Shown here in pieces: positions 1-9,264 of a DNA stretch of 64,000 nucleotides. The first letter of the stretch is position 1, and each line of letters starts with the position of its first letter. Below the pieces are notes generated by a model. It saw only the letters and a list, made by a program, of their open reading frames with translations, did not search any database and was not told the origin of the DNA. Where the stretch lies: IMG/VR virus record IMGVR_UViG_3300031998_000083, positions 556 through 64,555 of that record, one strand, 5' to 3'. Made by a program: the position numbers and the translations under genes. This DNA comes from a virus (lineage: Duplodnaviria > Caudoviricetes).

Positions 1-65
1 ATCACTACGAAGAGCAGGCTGATGAGCAGCCTGTGTCTCTCCACGAAATTCTGAATCTTTTTCAT
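1..65 (-). CDS. 5' part (truncated by window) of probable major capsid protein; MKKIQNFVERHRLLISLLFVV...
   Basis: ATG at 65-63 after an A-rich initiation region; directly downstream of the scaffold-like gene; frame open to the window edge. Identity with the MCP at the right edge is inferred from gene order. Confidence 0.6.
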   Translation of the reverse strand, partial: MKKIQNFVERHRLLISLLFVV

Positions 66-273
66 TCTCTCTTTTGTTTTAATGGGTTGTTTATTATTCA
101 TTTTCTGATATGTCTTGCTCTTACGAGTCCCCCGCGCTTCAGCTGCGTTGCGCTCATCTGCGTGCCGTTGAGGTTCTGTCCTGCATGGCGTCCGTATGGC
201 AGCATGTCGCTCCTTGTCGGATCCACGGGGTCGGGATGCCTCGGGCAGGGATCCATCACGGGACAGTCCTTCA

Positions 274-1071
274 TCATACGCCCAAGCTCTCCTGGAATGA
301 CTTCAGGCTGCCGTCGTTCTTCCTCTTCGGAGCCGTCCGCCCGCCTGCGCCTCCGCTGCCGAGGCTGGGGACGCCTGCGCTAAATTCCTTCTTTCCGTTC
401 TGGATCTTCTCGTTCAGTGCAGTGGCGCGTGCCTTCTCGGTGGCCGATGCGATGTCGCTGTCGTAGTTCTGAGCCTTCAGCACGGCCTCCCACACCTCCT
501 TGGGCACGATGCCCATCGATGCGTTGCCGATGATGCCAGGCTCCACCTCGTTGCCCTCCTCGTCCACGACGCCATAGAGCTTCTTGATAAGTCCGATGCG
601 GTCTTCGTCGCTCAGTCCCTTCTCCTGCTGCAGCTCCTTCAGGGCGTCCAGGCTCTTCTGGAAGTTCTCTCCAGCCTCCTTGTTGGCCTTGGCGGCAGCG
701 GCCTGCCGTTCCTGGTATTTGGCCAGTGCCTCGCCCATGGCCTTGCTGAACTCGGGGTTATTGGCCAGCTCACGGATGTCCGCGTCGGGGCCGATCTGCT
801 CTGCCAGGTAGGTGAAGGGGTTCTCGCCCTCCTTGGCCGCAAGCACGATCCCTGCCAGCAGCGGCGTCTTGTCAAACGCCTCGCCCAGCTGCCGGTTGCT
901 CTCGCGGTATCCCTCCAGCTCGTCGAGGTTCTTGTTGGCCAGGTCGTAGAACGCCTCCTCGTCGTCGAGGTTCAAGTCAGGATGGTTTGTGCTGTAGCGG
1001 CTGCGGTAGCGCTCCCGTGCGCTCTGCGGCTGCTGCTGTCCCTCCTGGGGGTTTTCTGTCATTTCTGCCAT
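274..1071 (-). CDS. Capsid scaffolding-like protein (acidic, coiled-coil)
   Basis: 265-aa helical, charged ORF immediately upstream of the presumed MCP start; positional inference. Confidence 0.6.
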   Translation of the reverse strand: MAEMTENPQEGQQQPQSARERYRSRYSTNHPDLNLDDEEAFYDLANKNLDELEGYRESNRQLGEAFDKTPLLAGIVLAAKEGENPFTYLAEQIGPDADIRELANNPEFSKAMGEALAKYQERQAAAAKANKEAGENFQKSLDALKELQQEKGLSDEDRIGLIKKLYGVVDEEGNEVEPGIIGNASMGIVPKEVWEAVLKAQNYDSDIASATEKARATALNEKIQNGKKEFSAGVPSLGSGGAGGRTAPKRKNDGSLKSFQESLGV

Positions 1072-1096
1072 AATATCTGTAAGTTGTTAATGATGA

Positions 1097-1528
1097 TTAG
1101 TCTCCGCATACGCGACAGTTCTCGGAGGCATTCTTGAAGAAGTGTTCCAGCGAGTTGTCGGCCTGCTTCTGCGTGTCGGGCTTGCTTTCGGGCTGGTGCT
1201 TCAGCTTCCATCCGATATCGCTCAGGGCGCTCGTCCACGACCATGCCTTCACACAGTTGTCGTCACCGGTCACGATGTAGTCGAAGCTCTCCTCGAGCTT
1301 GGTCACCTTGTCATAGGGGATCTCATTCTTCTTCAGGAGGCTCGTCACGTCCTCCACGCTGCTGTCGGTGCATACCACCACAAGGCTTGTGGCGTGCTTC
1401 TTCAGCGATGTCATGCCCTCCTTGGCCATCTCACGCGGCTTGTATGCCCCCGTGCCGTCCTTCTCAAACAGCGCGTCCTGCATCACCGCGTAGGCTTTCT
1501 TCGGGATCTTGGTTGTCTTTTCTGCCAT
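1097..1528 (-). CDS. Hypothetical protein with degenerate HAD-like pattern
   Basis: Start moved to MAEKTT (1528) because a promoter lies at 1547-1586; LVVVCT, IPYDKV and YIVTGDDN resemble phage HAD motifs, but DxD is missing. Confidence 0.55.
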   Translation of the reverse strand: MAEKTTKIPKKAYAVMQDALFEKDGTGAYKPREMAKEGMTSLKKHATSLVVVCTDSSVEDVTSLLKKNEIPYDKVTKLEESFDYIVTGDDNCVKAWSWTSALSDIGWKLKHQPESKPDTQKQADNSLEHFFKNASENCRVCGD

Positions 1529-1546
1529 GATTCGGAAATTTTGCCT

Positions 1547-1586
1547 CAAAATTAAGGGATAAAAAGGTCGGTTCTTTCATATAATT
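1547..1586 (-). promoter_or_regulatory. Late-class promoter for the head/tail-fibre operon
   Basis: AATTATATGAAAGA (1586-1573), 18-nt gap, TAATTTTG (1554-1547). Confidence 0.8.
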
Positions 1587-1618
1587 TCTTCACTCCTGCG
1601 AATTTGCGCAACGGACGG

Positions 1619-1658
1619 AATTTTATGAAAAGATGACCGCCTGCAAGGCTTATCTTTG
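1619..1658 (+). promoter_or_regulatory. Late-class promoter for the portal operon
   Basis: AATTTTATGAAAAG (1619-1632, 11/14 match), 18-nt gap, TATCTTTG (1651-1658). Confidence 0.75.
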
Positions 1659-1680
1659 CACGAAAAAGAATAAGGTATAT

Positions 1681-3720
1681 ATGACAAAGCCCGTAAAGCC
1701 CGTGAAGCCGCTGCTTACCCTCGATGATGTCCGTCCGCTGCAGAAGGGCAGCCGGCGCGATACCGTCATGGAGCGCCGGAAGAATAATCTCCAGGAAGGG
1801 AAGTACGACCAGGCGCTGCTTGCCGAGTGCGCGCGCTCATGGAACAATAAGGACAATTTCCGTCAGGAGCGCCACCGCGTACTGGAGATGATCTTCGGCA
1901 ACCAGTGGGGCGAGGTGATCCACGTCTACGGACAGGGTGACATGACCGAGGAAAAGTGGATACAGATGCAGGGCCTCACCCCGCTGAAGAACAATATCAT
2001 GATCTCGCTCTGGATGTCCGTCTTCGGCATCCACGCCAAACAGGAGACGGAGCCTGTCTGCTATGCGCGCAACCAGGCGGCAAAGGAACTGTCCGACAAC
2101 CTGTCCGCGGCCATACAGACCAACTGGCAGAGCCAGTACATGTCAGAGAAGCTTGATTCCGGATTCGCCGAATTTATCATCTCATCGGCTGCCTTTATTC
2201 GCAACACGTTTGAGGAGCGTAACGAGCTGTTCGACTCCTACAACGATTTGATGAATCCCGACGTCATGTTCTGGGAGGGCGGCAGCGACCCGACACATCA
2301 GGATATCCACATGATCGGCTGCCTGCATGATATGACGCCCGAAAACATCTACTTCCACTTCGCCAAGTCCGAGTACGGCCTGACCATCGACGACCTCGAT
2401 GAGATCTTCCATATCGGCGAGGTGGGCAACCTGAACCGTCAGACTTCCCAGCAGGTCAACGAGAAGCACAGCTACGAAAACCTGAGCTTCTACCAGCCGT
2501 CCGACCTCGGCCTCTGCCGCGTCATCGAGGTGTGGCGCGAGGAGGTGAAGCCCCGCTACCAGTGTTTCGATCCGCTGGCCACCGATCAGATAGACAAGTA
2601 TTTCCGCTGCGAGAAGGAGGATCTGAAGTATGTCATCGACATCAACCGCCAGCGCAAGGCACTGTATGAGGAGCAGGGTGTACCCGTAGAGCAGCATGCC
2701 TATATCACGGCACGGGAGATCGTGGATAAGTACTGGCAGTATTACTTCATGGCTCCCGACGGACGGATCCTCTGTGAGGGAGAGTCGCCCTACGACTATA
2801 AGAGCCATCCCTTCACCATGTCGCTCTTCCCCTACGTCAACGGTGAGATCCATTCCTTCATGGGCAGCTTTATCGACCAGCAGAAGTATATCAACCGCAT
2901 GGTGATGATCAACGACTACGCCATCCGTACCTCGGCAAAGGGTATGACGTTCCTGCCACTGTCGCTGAAGCCGGAGGGCATGAGCATTGAGGACTACGCC
3001 AGGCAGAAATCTCGATTTGATGCCGTGTTCGTATATGATGACACCAAGCGGCAGACGGGTGCCAAGCCTGAGTTCTATACCCATTCGGCATTCAATACCG
3101 GTGCCAACGATATGCTGCAGATACAGCTCAACATGATCCACGATGTGTCGGGCGTGTCGGGCGCCCTCCAGGGCAAGACGCCCGCCAGCGGCACGGCTGC
3201 CTCTCGCTACGCCATGGAGGCGAATAACGCCACCACCACCATCTACCCGCTGATCAAGAAGTTCAACGGCTTCGAGGAGCGCGTCGCCATGAAGACGCTG
3301 ATCACGCTCCAGCAGTTCTACGAGGAGGGCCGCGACATCACGCCTAAGAAGTCCGACAAACAGGTGTTCTACCGTGCCAACGCCTGCCGTAACGTCAAGG
3401 CGAACATCTCCATCAAGAACTCAGCGGCCTCAGCTGCCTTCTACCAGATGGGTAACGATGTGCTTAACATGCTCTGGGAGGGTAAGGCCATCGACGTGCG
3501 TACCTACCTGAAGAATCTCGATGCCCCGTTTGCCGACAAGATCCTACAGGACATCGACAACTACCAGAATCAGGTAATGTCGGGACAGATGCCGTCCGCT
3601 CCCGTTCAGGTGCCAGGCGCAGACCAGCAGCAGGCACAGCTCGCCACGCAGCTCCTCAACGGCCCCGGACAGCTCTACACCCGAAATGCCCCCGACCAGC
3701 CATTCACCCTACAACAGTAA
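1681..3720 (+). CDS. Portal protein (P22/podovirus-like)
   Basis: ~680-aa ORF (open from 1633; 1681 fits the promoter) with portal-like features (G.QW, 'IDQQKYINR', 'SGVSGALQG', Q-rich C-terminus); followed by connector genes. Confidence 0.8.
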   Translation: MTKPVKPVKPLLTLDDVRPLQKGSRRDTVMERRKNNLQEGKYDQALLAECARSWNNKDNFRQERHRVLEMIFGNQWGEVIHVYGQGDMTEEKWIQMQGLTPLKNNIMISLWMSVFGIHAKQETEPVCYARNQAAKELSDNLSAAIQTNWQSQYMSEKLDSGFAEFIISSAAFIRNTFEERNELFDSYNDLMNPDVMFWEGGSDPTHQDIHMIGCLHDMTPENIYFHFAKSEYGLTIDDLDEIFHIGEVGNLNRQTSQQVNEKHSYENLSFYQPSDLGLCRVIEVWREEVKPRYQCFDPLATDQIDKYFRCEKEDLKYVIDINRQRKALYEEQGVPVEQHAYITAREIVDKYWQYYFMAPDGRILCEGESPYDYKSHPFTMSLFPYVNGEIHSFMGSFIDQQKYINRMVMINDYAIRTSAKGMTFLPLSLKPEGMSIEDYARQKSRFDAVFVYDDTKRQTGAKPEFYTHSAFNTGANDMLQIQLNMIHDVSGVSGALQGKTPASGTAASRYAMEANNATTTIYPLIKKFNGFEERVAMKTLITLQQFYEEGRDITPKKSDKQVFYRANACRNVKANISIKNSAASAAFYQMGNDVLNMLWEGKAIDVRTYLKNLDAPFADKILQDIDNYQNQVMSGQMPSAPVQVPGADQQQAQLATQLLNGPGQLYTRNAPDQPFTLQQ

Positions 3721-3726
3721 GCGACC

Positions 3727-4191
3727 ATGGTAAAGACATTCGACTATACGACACTCTACGGCAAGGTCTCCCGCTCCCTCTCCATCATCGGGAAGCGAAG
3801 CACCGACGACCAGGGCAACCGTCTCTTTGCTGACATCACCCTCGGGTCGCGCGAGACAGATATCATCGAGGACTATATGCGCCAGGCGGTCATCGACCTT
3901 GCAGCCGAGATGGAGGCTCTTGTCACGGGCGAGACCGACACAACCATCACCATCACGCTGCCGTCGAACCATAACAGCGCGCTGGAGACGTTCATCAGTA
4001 AGTCGTGCGACGAGTACTGCGTGTCCTACGCCCTCTACTCATGGTTTACCGTCACCGCCCCGCGTATTGCGGAAAAGTACCTTGGCGACATGAAGCGCCA
4101 GCTCTCTGCCGTCGTGCGCCTCATCAATGAGAGGAAGGCACCGACGGGATCCGCTGACATCGTATCATCCACATTGACTGTAATCACATAA
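3727..4191 (+). CDS. Head-tail connector/ring protein paralog 1
   Basis: 154 aa; motif CDEYCVSYALYSWF shared with the next three genes; follows the portal. Confidence 0.55.
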   Translation: MVKTFDYTTLYGKVSRSLSIIGKRSTDDQGNRLFADITLGSRETDIIEDYMRQAVIDLAAEMEALVTGETDTTITITLPSNHNSALETFISKSCDEYCVSYALYSWFTVTAPRIAEKYLGDMKRQLSAVVRLINERKAPTGSADIVSSTLTVIT

Positions 4192-4202
4192 TATATATAA
4201 AT

Positions 4203-4730
4203 ATGTCAAAGACTATCACGCTTAACCTCAACAAGGCGCTGATCTTCGAGGCCGTCAAGGCCGACTCGTTCGACACTGCACGCATAGAGAAGGTGGAGGA
4301 TCCCGTAAAGCTGGCCTCTGCCGTGGCCGCACAGCAGGGAGGCGAGGCCCATCAGGAGCGCCAGATGCTCCGTTACCTGAAGGCTGCCCTCGGGAAGTTC
4401 GAGGCACAGATGGCAGAGTTTGTCGACGTGGCCGACGGCTCCATCGAGGATACGCTCTCCTCATCATCCGACACGTTCACCGTCACCATGATCGTCAATG
4501 ACCGGTACAACGACGGGCTGGCTAATCCCATGTCCTCTCTCTGTGAGGACTACCTCGTCAACCAGATGCTCTACGACTGGTGGCGCAAGAGCAAGCCCGA
4601 GTATTCGAAGAACTTTGCCGTCGATGCCATGGATGCCGTCAGCCATATCCGGCTCTGCCTGACAAAGACGGCCCCCGAAGCATCGGACAGCGACTACACC
4701 GACGTCACCGGTACCGTGACGCAGAACTAA
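4203..4730 (+). CDS. Head-tail connector/ring protein paralog 2
   Basis: 175 aa; LCEDYLVNQMLYDWW motif. Confidence 0.55.
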   Translation: MSKTITLNLNKALIFEAVKADSFDTARIEKVEDPVKLASAVAAQQGGEAHQERQMLRYLKAALGKFEAQMAEFVDVADGSIEDTLSSSSDTFTVTMIVNDRYNDGLANPMSSLCEDYLVNQMLYDWWRKSKPEYSKNFAVDAMDAVSHIRLCLTKTAPEASDSDYTDVTGTVTQN

Positions 4731-4743
4731 AAGCAGACAGACA

Positions 4744-5598
4744 ATGAGCAAGACAATCAAGATTCAGATCCTGCATGAGCTGGCCATGAACTCGGCCAAG
4801 AACGAGACCTATCAGAAGGGCGTCGTTGACAAGGCCGTCGACCCCAAGCTCATCACCGCCGCCTTCCATGAGCAGGCAGGCAACGAGGCGTACCACGAGG
4901 CGATGCTCTCGCGCTACATGTTCTCACAGATAGAGGTACTGAAGACGTTTTTTGCCGACTATCTCACAGGTGGCGGCAATGTGGCCGAGGATGCCACCAT
5001 CAGCGGCAGCGAGGAGAACGGAGTGACGGAGATCCTTCTGAGCGTGTCTGACCGCTTCAACGACGGTTATGTGAAGACCCTGGCCCGTCTGTCCCAGAAG
5101 TTCGTCGAAGACCGCATGATCTACCTCTGGTGGCACTCTGTCAGCAAGGAGTTTGCGGCCATCTACGGTGGTGCTGCCGAGGAGGACCGTGCCGGCATTA
5201 TGGCATGCTTCCTGAAGACGGCCCCGTCGGCTCCCGTCTACAAGTTCCCGACAGGAATAGAACTGCGCTACCCGGTCATCCCTGAGCGCGACGGTGTGCC
5301 TGGCTGTATCACGCCCAACGGTTCCAATACCGTCGATCCCGATATCCTCTTCTCCAATCCTTGGGTCATCGGACGCGGACAGGAGTCCGAGATCTCATAC
5401 ACCCTCACTGGCGAGGGCGGCAGCATGCCCGTTGACGATATCGTGGTACGTGCAGACAGCCCGTGCTGTCAGTGCTGCATCGGTACCGACGGACGCTGGG
5501 TTGTCCGCGGCATCTCCAATGGCTACTCCGTCGTCACGCTGTTCTCGCGCCATAACGACCAGGTGTTCGCCAAGTTTGCAGTAAGAGTGGTGAAGTAA
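4744..5598 (+). CDS. Ring protein paralog 3 with C-terminal Ig-like extension
   Basis: N-terminal half aligns by eye with 4203..4730 (MSKTI.., VSDRFNDG, FVEDRMIYLWW, CFLKTAP); beta-rich C-terminus. Confidence 0.55.
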   Translation: MSKTIKIQILHELAMNSAKNETYQKGVVDKAVDPKLITAAFHEQAGNEAYHEAMLSRYMFSQIEVLKTFFADYLTGGGNVAEDATISGSEENGVTEILLSVSDRFNDGYVKTLARLSQKFVEDRMIYLWWHSVSKEFAAIYGGAAEEDRAGIMACFLKTAPSAPVYKFPTGIELRYPVIPERDGVPGCITPNGSNTVDPDILFSNPWVIGRGQESEISYTLTGEGGSMPVDDIVVRADSPCCQCCIGTDGRWVVRGISNGYSVVTLFSRHNDQVFAKFAVRVVK

Positions 5599-5633
5599 GT
5601 ATTAAGTACGTATTAAGTAAAAGTGAAATGATC

Positions 5634-5661
5634 TTCAATTTTCAATCTTCAATCTTCAATT
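5634..5661. repeat. Heptamer array (TTCAATY)x4
   Basis: TTCAATT TTCAATC TTCAATC TTCAATT read directly. Confidence 0.9.
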
Positions 5662-5667
5662 AGAAAC

Positions 5668-6219
5668 ATGTACCCGCATCATCTTCACACAGGCCGACCT
5701 TTCCCCAAGGAGGTCATAGCATGTCCGCGTCGGGACAAACAGGTCATCGAGGTCATCATCCTGAAGCCGGAAATCGTCCACGACATCGAGGCCGACATCA
5801 CGCAGCTGGAGAGGCAGCGCAACCTGGAGTCGCCCATCATCACCGACGGCGACTACACCGTCAGGCGTCAGATTGACCGTGCCCTCAACCAGTGTGTGAG
5901 CCGCATGCAGGCATACCTTCTCCTCCCCTCTCCCTTCGTGAGAAGCATCTCCACGAACCACGCGGGCGACTGGGATGAAAAGAACATCTTCCTGGCACTG
6001 CCCCACAACTGGCCTCCACACTGCATCGATCCTTTGCGCGATGCCGTACACAACTATATCGTGAAGTCCGTCGAGTACAATGTCCTGCTGGCTCCCCTGA
6101 CCAACGATCCCTACACGGCCATGTGCCGCCAGGAGGCCGAAGAGTCGTACAACGAGATCAATGCGCTGATAAACTCACGCCTCGGTCCCATGAACATTCA
6201 TCCCTCATTCTTAGGTTAG
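5668..6219 (+). CDS. Connector/ring protein paralog 4 (divergent)
   Basis: 183 aa; 'LRDAVHNYIVKSVEY' helix pattern; in the structural operon. Confidence 0.45.
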   Translation: MYPHHLHTGRPFPKEVIACPRRDKQVIEVIILKPEIVHDIEADITQLERQRNLESPIITDGDYTVRRQIDRALNQCVSRMQAYLLLPSPFVRSISTNHAGDWDEKNIFLALPHNWPPHCIDPLRDAVHNYIVKSVEYNVLLAPLTNDPYTAMCRQEAEESYNEINALINSRLGPMNIHPSFLG

Positions 6220-6223
6220 CATT

Positions 6224-6514
6224 ATGGCAAAGAAGGCAGGACGTCCGAAGGGCGCACAGAACAAGGTAGGCAAGGATGAAAAGGAGTTCATCAAGGGCCT
6301 GCTCGGCGACTCCCAGGAGGAGTACCGCAATGCCTTCATGTACTACGCCAAGAACTCCCCCAACAATGCCGAAGACCGCAAGTTCTTCATCACCGTCCGC
6401 AACGAGCTGACAAAGCTGATCGTCCCGAAGCCCGTAGAGATCGACGCCACCATCGAGGCCTCCGACTTCGAAACCCTGCTTGGCATGTGCAACAAGTGGG
6501 ATGATGAGAAGTGA
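6224..6514 (+). CDS. Probable terminase small subunit
   Basis: Begins MAKKAGRPKGAQNK, a GRPKG..NK start typical of TerS; adjacent to TerL. Confidence 0.6.
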   Translation: MAKKAGRPKGAQNKVGKDEKEFIKGLLGDSQEEYRNAFMYYAKNSPNNAEDRKFFITVRNELTKLIVPKPVEIDATIEASDFETLLGMCNKWDDEK

Positions 6515-6515
6515 T

Positions 6516-6543
6516 TTCAATTTTCAATCTTCAATTTTCAATC
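6516..6543. repeat. Heptamer array (TTCAATY)x4 filling the gap between convergent terS and terL
   Basis: TTCAATT TTCAATC TTCAATT TTCAATC. Confidence 0.9.
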
Positions 6544-6545
6544 TA

Positions 6546-8777
6546 CTAAATGTCCGCTGCCGTTCCCGAGTGGCCCATCACCGTGCTGCCCGTATCCTCC
6601 ACCTTCCATGTAGGCAGCGGCATGCGCTGGCTCACCCACAGGCCGATGCCCGTTGACATCACGATATCGTCGTGGTTGTTCTTCCCGTCCACGTTACCCA
6701 TCGTGCCGTCCTCCTTGCGCTCATAGATCAGCAGCTCCTTGTATGCCTGCTCGTCAGGCTCCTCATACAGCTCATCCTCTATATACGATATGTAGTTGTC
6801 GATCACCTGCTCCTTGGTCAGCGTGTTCGTGTGGAAGCCGTAGACGTTGGTCACCTTCTGCGTCACCTTGTCTACCTCCGTCCTGCCGATATACAGGTTA
6901 GGATAGTAGTCTGCTATCTCGTCGATGATGGTGCCCGAGTGTTCGCCCTCCTCTTCCAGCCTGGCCTTGCGCGTGTCGGCGGTGTTCTTCTCTATCACCA
7001 GCATGGCGTCCTGGTAGAAGTGCGCCAGCTGTGCTGCCTTCCATGCCAGCATGTCGTGGCGTATGTGTCCCCGCCAGCGTGCCACCACCCTTGGGCGTCC
7101 TCCCATGTCGCGCATCATGCCGAAGCGGTCTATCACCGTCATCACCGTGAAGTCCGACGTCTTCGAGCGTCCTCCGATATCCACGCTCACCACATAGCGG
7201 TTATCCACCTTCAGGCAGTCGGGCATCTGCCATATCCTCAGCGCCTGGCCGTCGTCGAGGCGGTCAATGAGGTGTGCCGTCCTGATGGCCCTCGCGCCCT
7301 TGTCCTCTTCACCGATGATATTGCCAACGAAGATCGGAGCCTTCCTCATCTTCTGCTGCATGGCATCGACGGAGTACTTGTTGAAGATCAGGTTACCCGC
7401 GGCCATGAAGCACTCCACGTCGTCGCTGGGGAACTCGGTGGCGAAGTAGGAGTATGAACGGAACTCGTTGATCTTGTCCCGGCACCAGCTGATGGCCTCC
7501 AGCGAGGCGCCCTTCTGCCACAGCTGCCAGAAGTACTTGCCGCTCTGACGGTAGCCCTCCACCCAGTTCGGGTTATCCTTATTCAAATAGAGCCACCTGG
7601 CAAACTCCGTGGCCTTCTCCACATACGCGGGATCCTCCTCCACCTCGCGCCACGGTGTCTTGTTCCTAAAGATGCCCTGGTAGTTGGGGTTGAACTCCTG
7701 TCGGTACAGCTCGATCTTGAAGAACGGCACATACATCGCCTCCCACGCGCTGGGAATGTCGGGATCCTTCGCCTCCTGGTACATGTTATAGAAGAAGTCG
7801 CCCACGACGCGGCCTGACGACTCCATCACGATCATCGTGTCGGGACGGTTGCCGATGGTACCGTTGAGGGATGAAAGCACGCCCTCCGGCTTCTTCTGCT
7901 CCGTCTCCTTCCAGTAGGCCACCTCCGAGAGGTGCGCCATCTTCAGGTTCGCTGATCGGCTGGCGTCGTAGTTCTCATAGCTGGCCACCGTCGTGACGCT
8001 CTCCCTGACCACCTCGCCCGTGTGTGTCTTCACCACGAAGTCGGCGGGGCTGCCCTTGAAGGGCGCCGATTTCAACCGCTTACCCTTATAGCCTACACTC
8101 CATCCGGGCTGATTCTCCAGCGCCAGGTCGTACATGGCACGGATACGGATGGACGCTGCCGTCTGGTGTGCCATGATCGCCATGTTCCACCTGTGATGTC
8201 GGCAGTCCTGCATCCACTTGCCATAGAGCTGCGTCTCGGTGGATCCTCCGAACTGGCGCGCCTTGGGCATGACGATACGGATAGGCCTGCGCGCCAGTCG
8301 CATCTCCTCCTGCTTCTCCAGCAGCATCCGCTGGCCGTAGTTCAGGATATAGGGGATCACCGTGCCCTCCTCCTTGTCAACGATCTTGTAGATTATGGCA
8401 AAGTAGAAGGCGGGATCCTCCTCGCTGCGCGCAAGCATCATGGCATACACCACGTCCTGGTAGCGCTCGTCGGTGTACTCCCAGCCCATCTCGTCGGTGA
8501 TGTACTTGCGGATGGAGCCTCGCTTGACCAGCTTCTTGATGATGATGTTGTGCTTGACACAGCGCTCGGGCATGTACTGTGTCCTGATGGGTGAGTCGGG
8601 GATCTTGACCTTTATTCTCGGCCCTGGCGCCCCGCGTCCCGTCACGGGATTGAAGCCCTCGAAGATCTCCCTGTTGCGCCGGATATTCTCCTTGACGATT
8701 TCGAGGTAGATCTTCGTTGCGGCCTCATCCACGGTTAAGGTCCTATTTGAGGAAATGCTTCCACCGCCATCTGCCAT
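6546..8777 (-). CDS. terL: Terminase large subunit
   Basis: Walker A-like KARQFGGST, Walker B AHLSEVAYW, RNase H-like nuclease VSVDIGG, C-terminal HDDIVMS. Confidence 0.92.
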   Translation of the reverse strand: MADGGGSISSNRTLTVDEAATKIYLEIVKENIRRNREIFEGFNPVTGRGAPGPRIKVKIPDSPIRTQYMPERCVKHNIIIKKLVKRGSIRKYITDEMGWEYTDERYQDVVYAMMLARSEEDPAFYFAIIYKIVDKEEGTVIPYILNYGQRMLLEKQEEMRLARRPIRIVMPKARQFGGSTETQLYGKWMQDCRHHRWNMAIMAHQTAASIRIRAMYDLALENQPGWSVGYKGKRLKSAPFKGSPADFVVKTHTGEVVRESVTTVASYENYDASRSANLKMAHLSEVAYWKETEQKKPEGVLSSLNGTIGNRPDTMIVMESSGRVVGDFFYNMYQEAKDPDIPSAWEAMYVPFFKIELYRQEFNPNYQGIFRNKTPWREVEEDPAYVEKATEFARWLYLNKDNPNWVEGYRQSGKYFWQLWQKGASLEAISWCRDKINEFRSYSYFATEFPSDDVECFMAAGNLIFNKYSVDAMQQKMRKAPIFVGNIIGEEDKGARAIRTAHLIDRLDDGQALRIWQMPDCLKVDNRYVVSVDIGGRSKTSDFTVMTVIDRFGMMRDMGGRPRVVARWRGHIRHDMLAWKAAQLAHFYQDAMLVIEKNTADTRKARLEEEGEHSGTIIDEIADYYPNLYIGRTEVDKVTQKVTNVYGFHTNTLTKEQVIDNYISYIEDELYEEPDEQAYKELLIYERKEDGTMGNVDGKNNHDDIVMSTGIGLWVSQRMPLPTWKVEDTGSTVMGHSGTAADI

Positions 8778-9264
8778 ACGCGAAACCTCCCAACAGACAG
8801 TAAAGGTGCAGGCACCAGTTTATGCTTGGTATGACCATGCCTATCAGCGCAAAGGGCACGGTCTTATAACAGAACTCCCATATCTTCTCGCGCATGATAT
8901 CGTCGCCTGCAGGCCAGAAGCTCTGGCAGCAGACGCCCCACTTTGCGCCCCAAATGGCGAATATCACGCCAGAGAATCCCATCGTCACCCCGTCCATCGG
9001 CCATAACGGCCCCACGACGGGAAGGAATGTCGCCACGAAGGCGATCACCGCCGAGGCGAAGATATACAGGCGCCGCTTCATGATCCACAGCACGAACAGG
9101 TTGCCCGCCAGGTGCCACACGTTAGCATGGCTGACCATCGACAGCAGGTGATCCGCTGGCGACATGTCACCGCTGGCGTAGCCCGTCTGCCGTCCGAAGG
9201 CATACCAGGCCACCATCACAGCCGTCAGCACGGCCTTCTCTATCGTCAGCCTATGCCGTCTCAT
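8743..9264 (-). CDS. Rhomboid-family intramembrane serine protease
   Basis: HANVWHLAGN (HxxxxHxxxN), GFSG (catalytic Ser) and LHLYCLLGG (catalytic His) within hydrophobic helices. Confidence 0.85.
   Translation of the reverse strand: MRRHRLTIEKAVLTAVMVAWYAFGRQTGYASGDMSPADHLLSMVSHANVWHLAGNLFVLWIMKRRLYIFASAVIAFVATFLPVVGPLWPMDGVTMGFSGVIFAIWGAKWGVCCQSFWPAGDDIMREKIWEFCYKTVPFALIGMVIPSINWCLHLYCLLGGFAYGRWRWKHFLK

Noticed and set aside
110-270. GC-rich spacer between scaffold and presumed MCP start
   Set aside because: Only short stems (GGATCC pair); no convincing structure.
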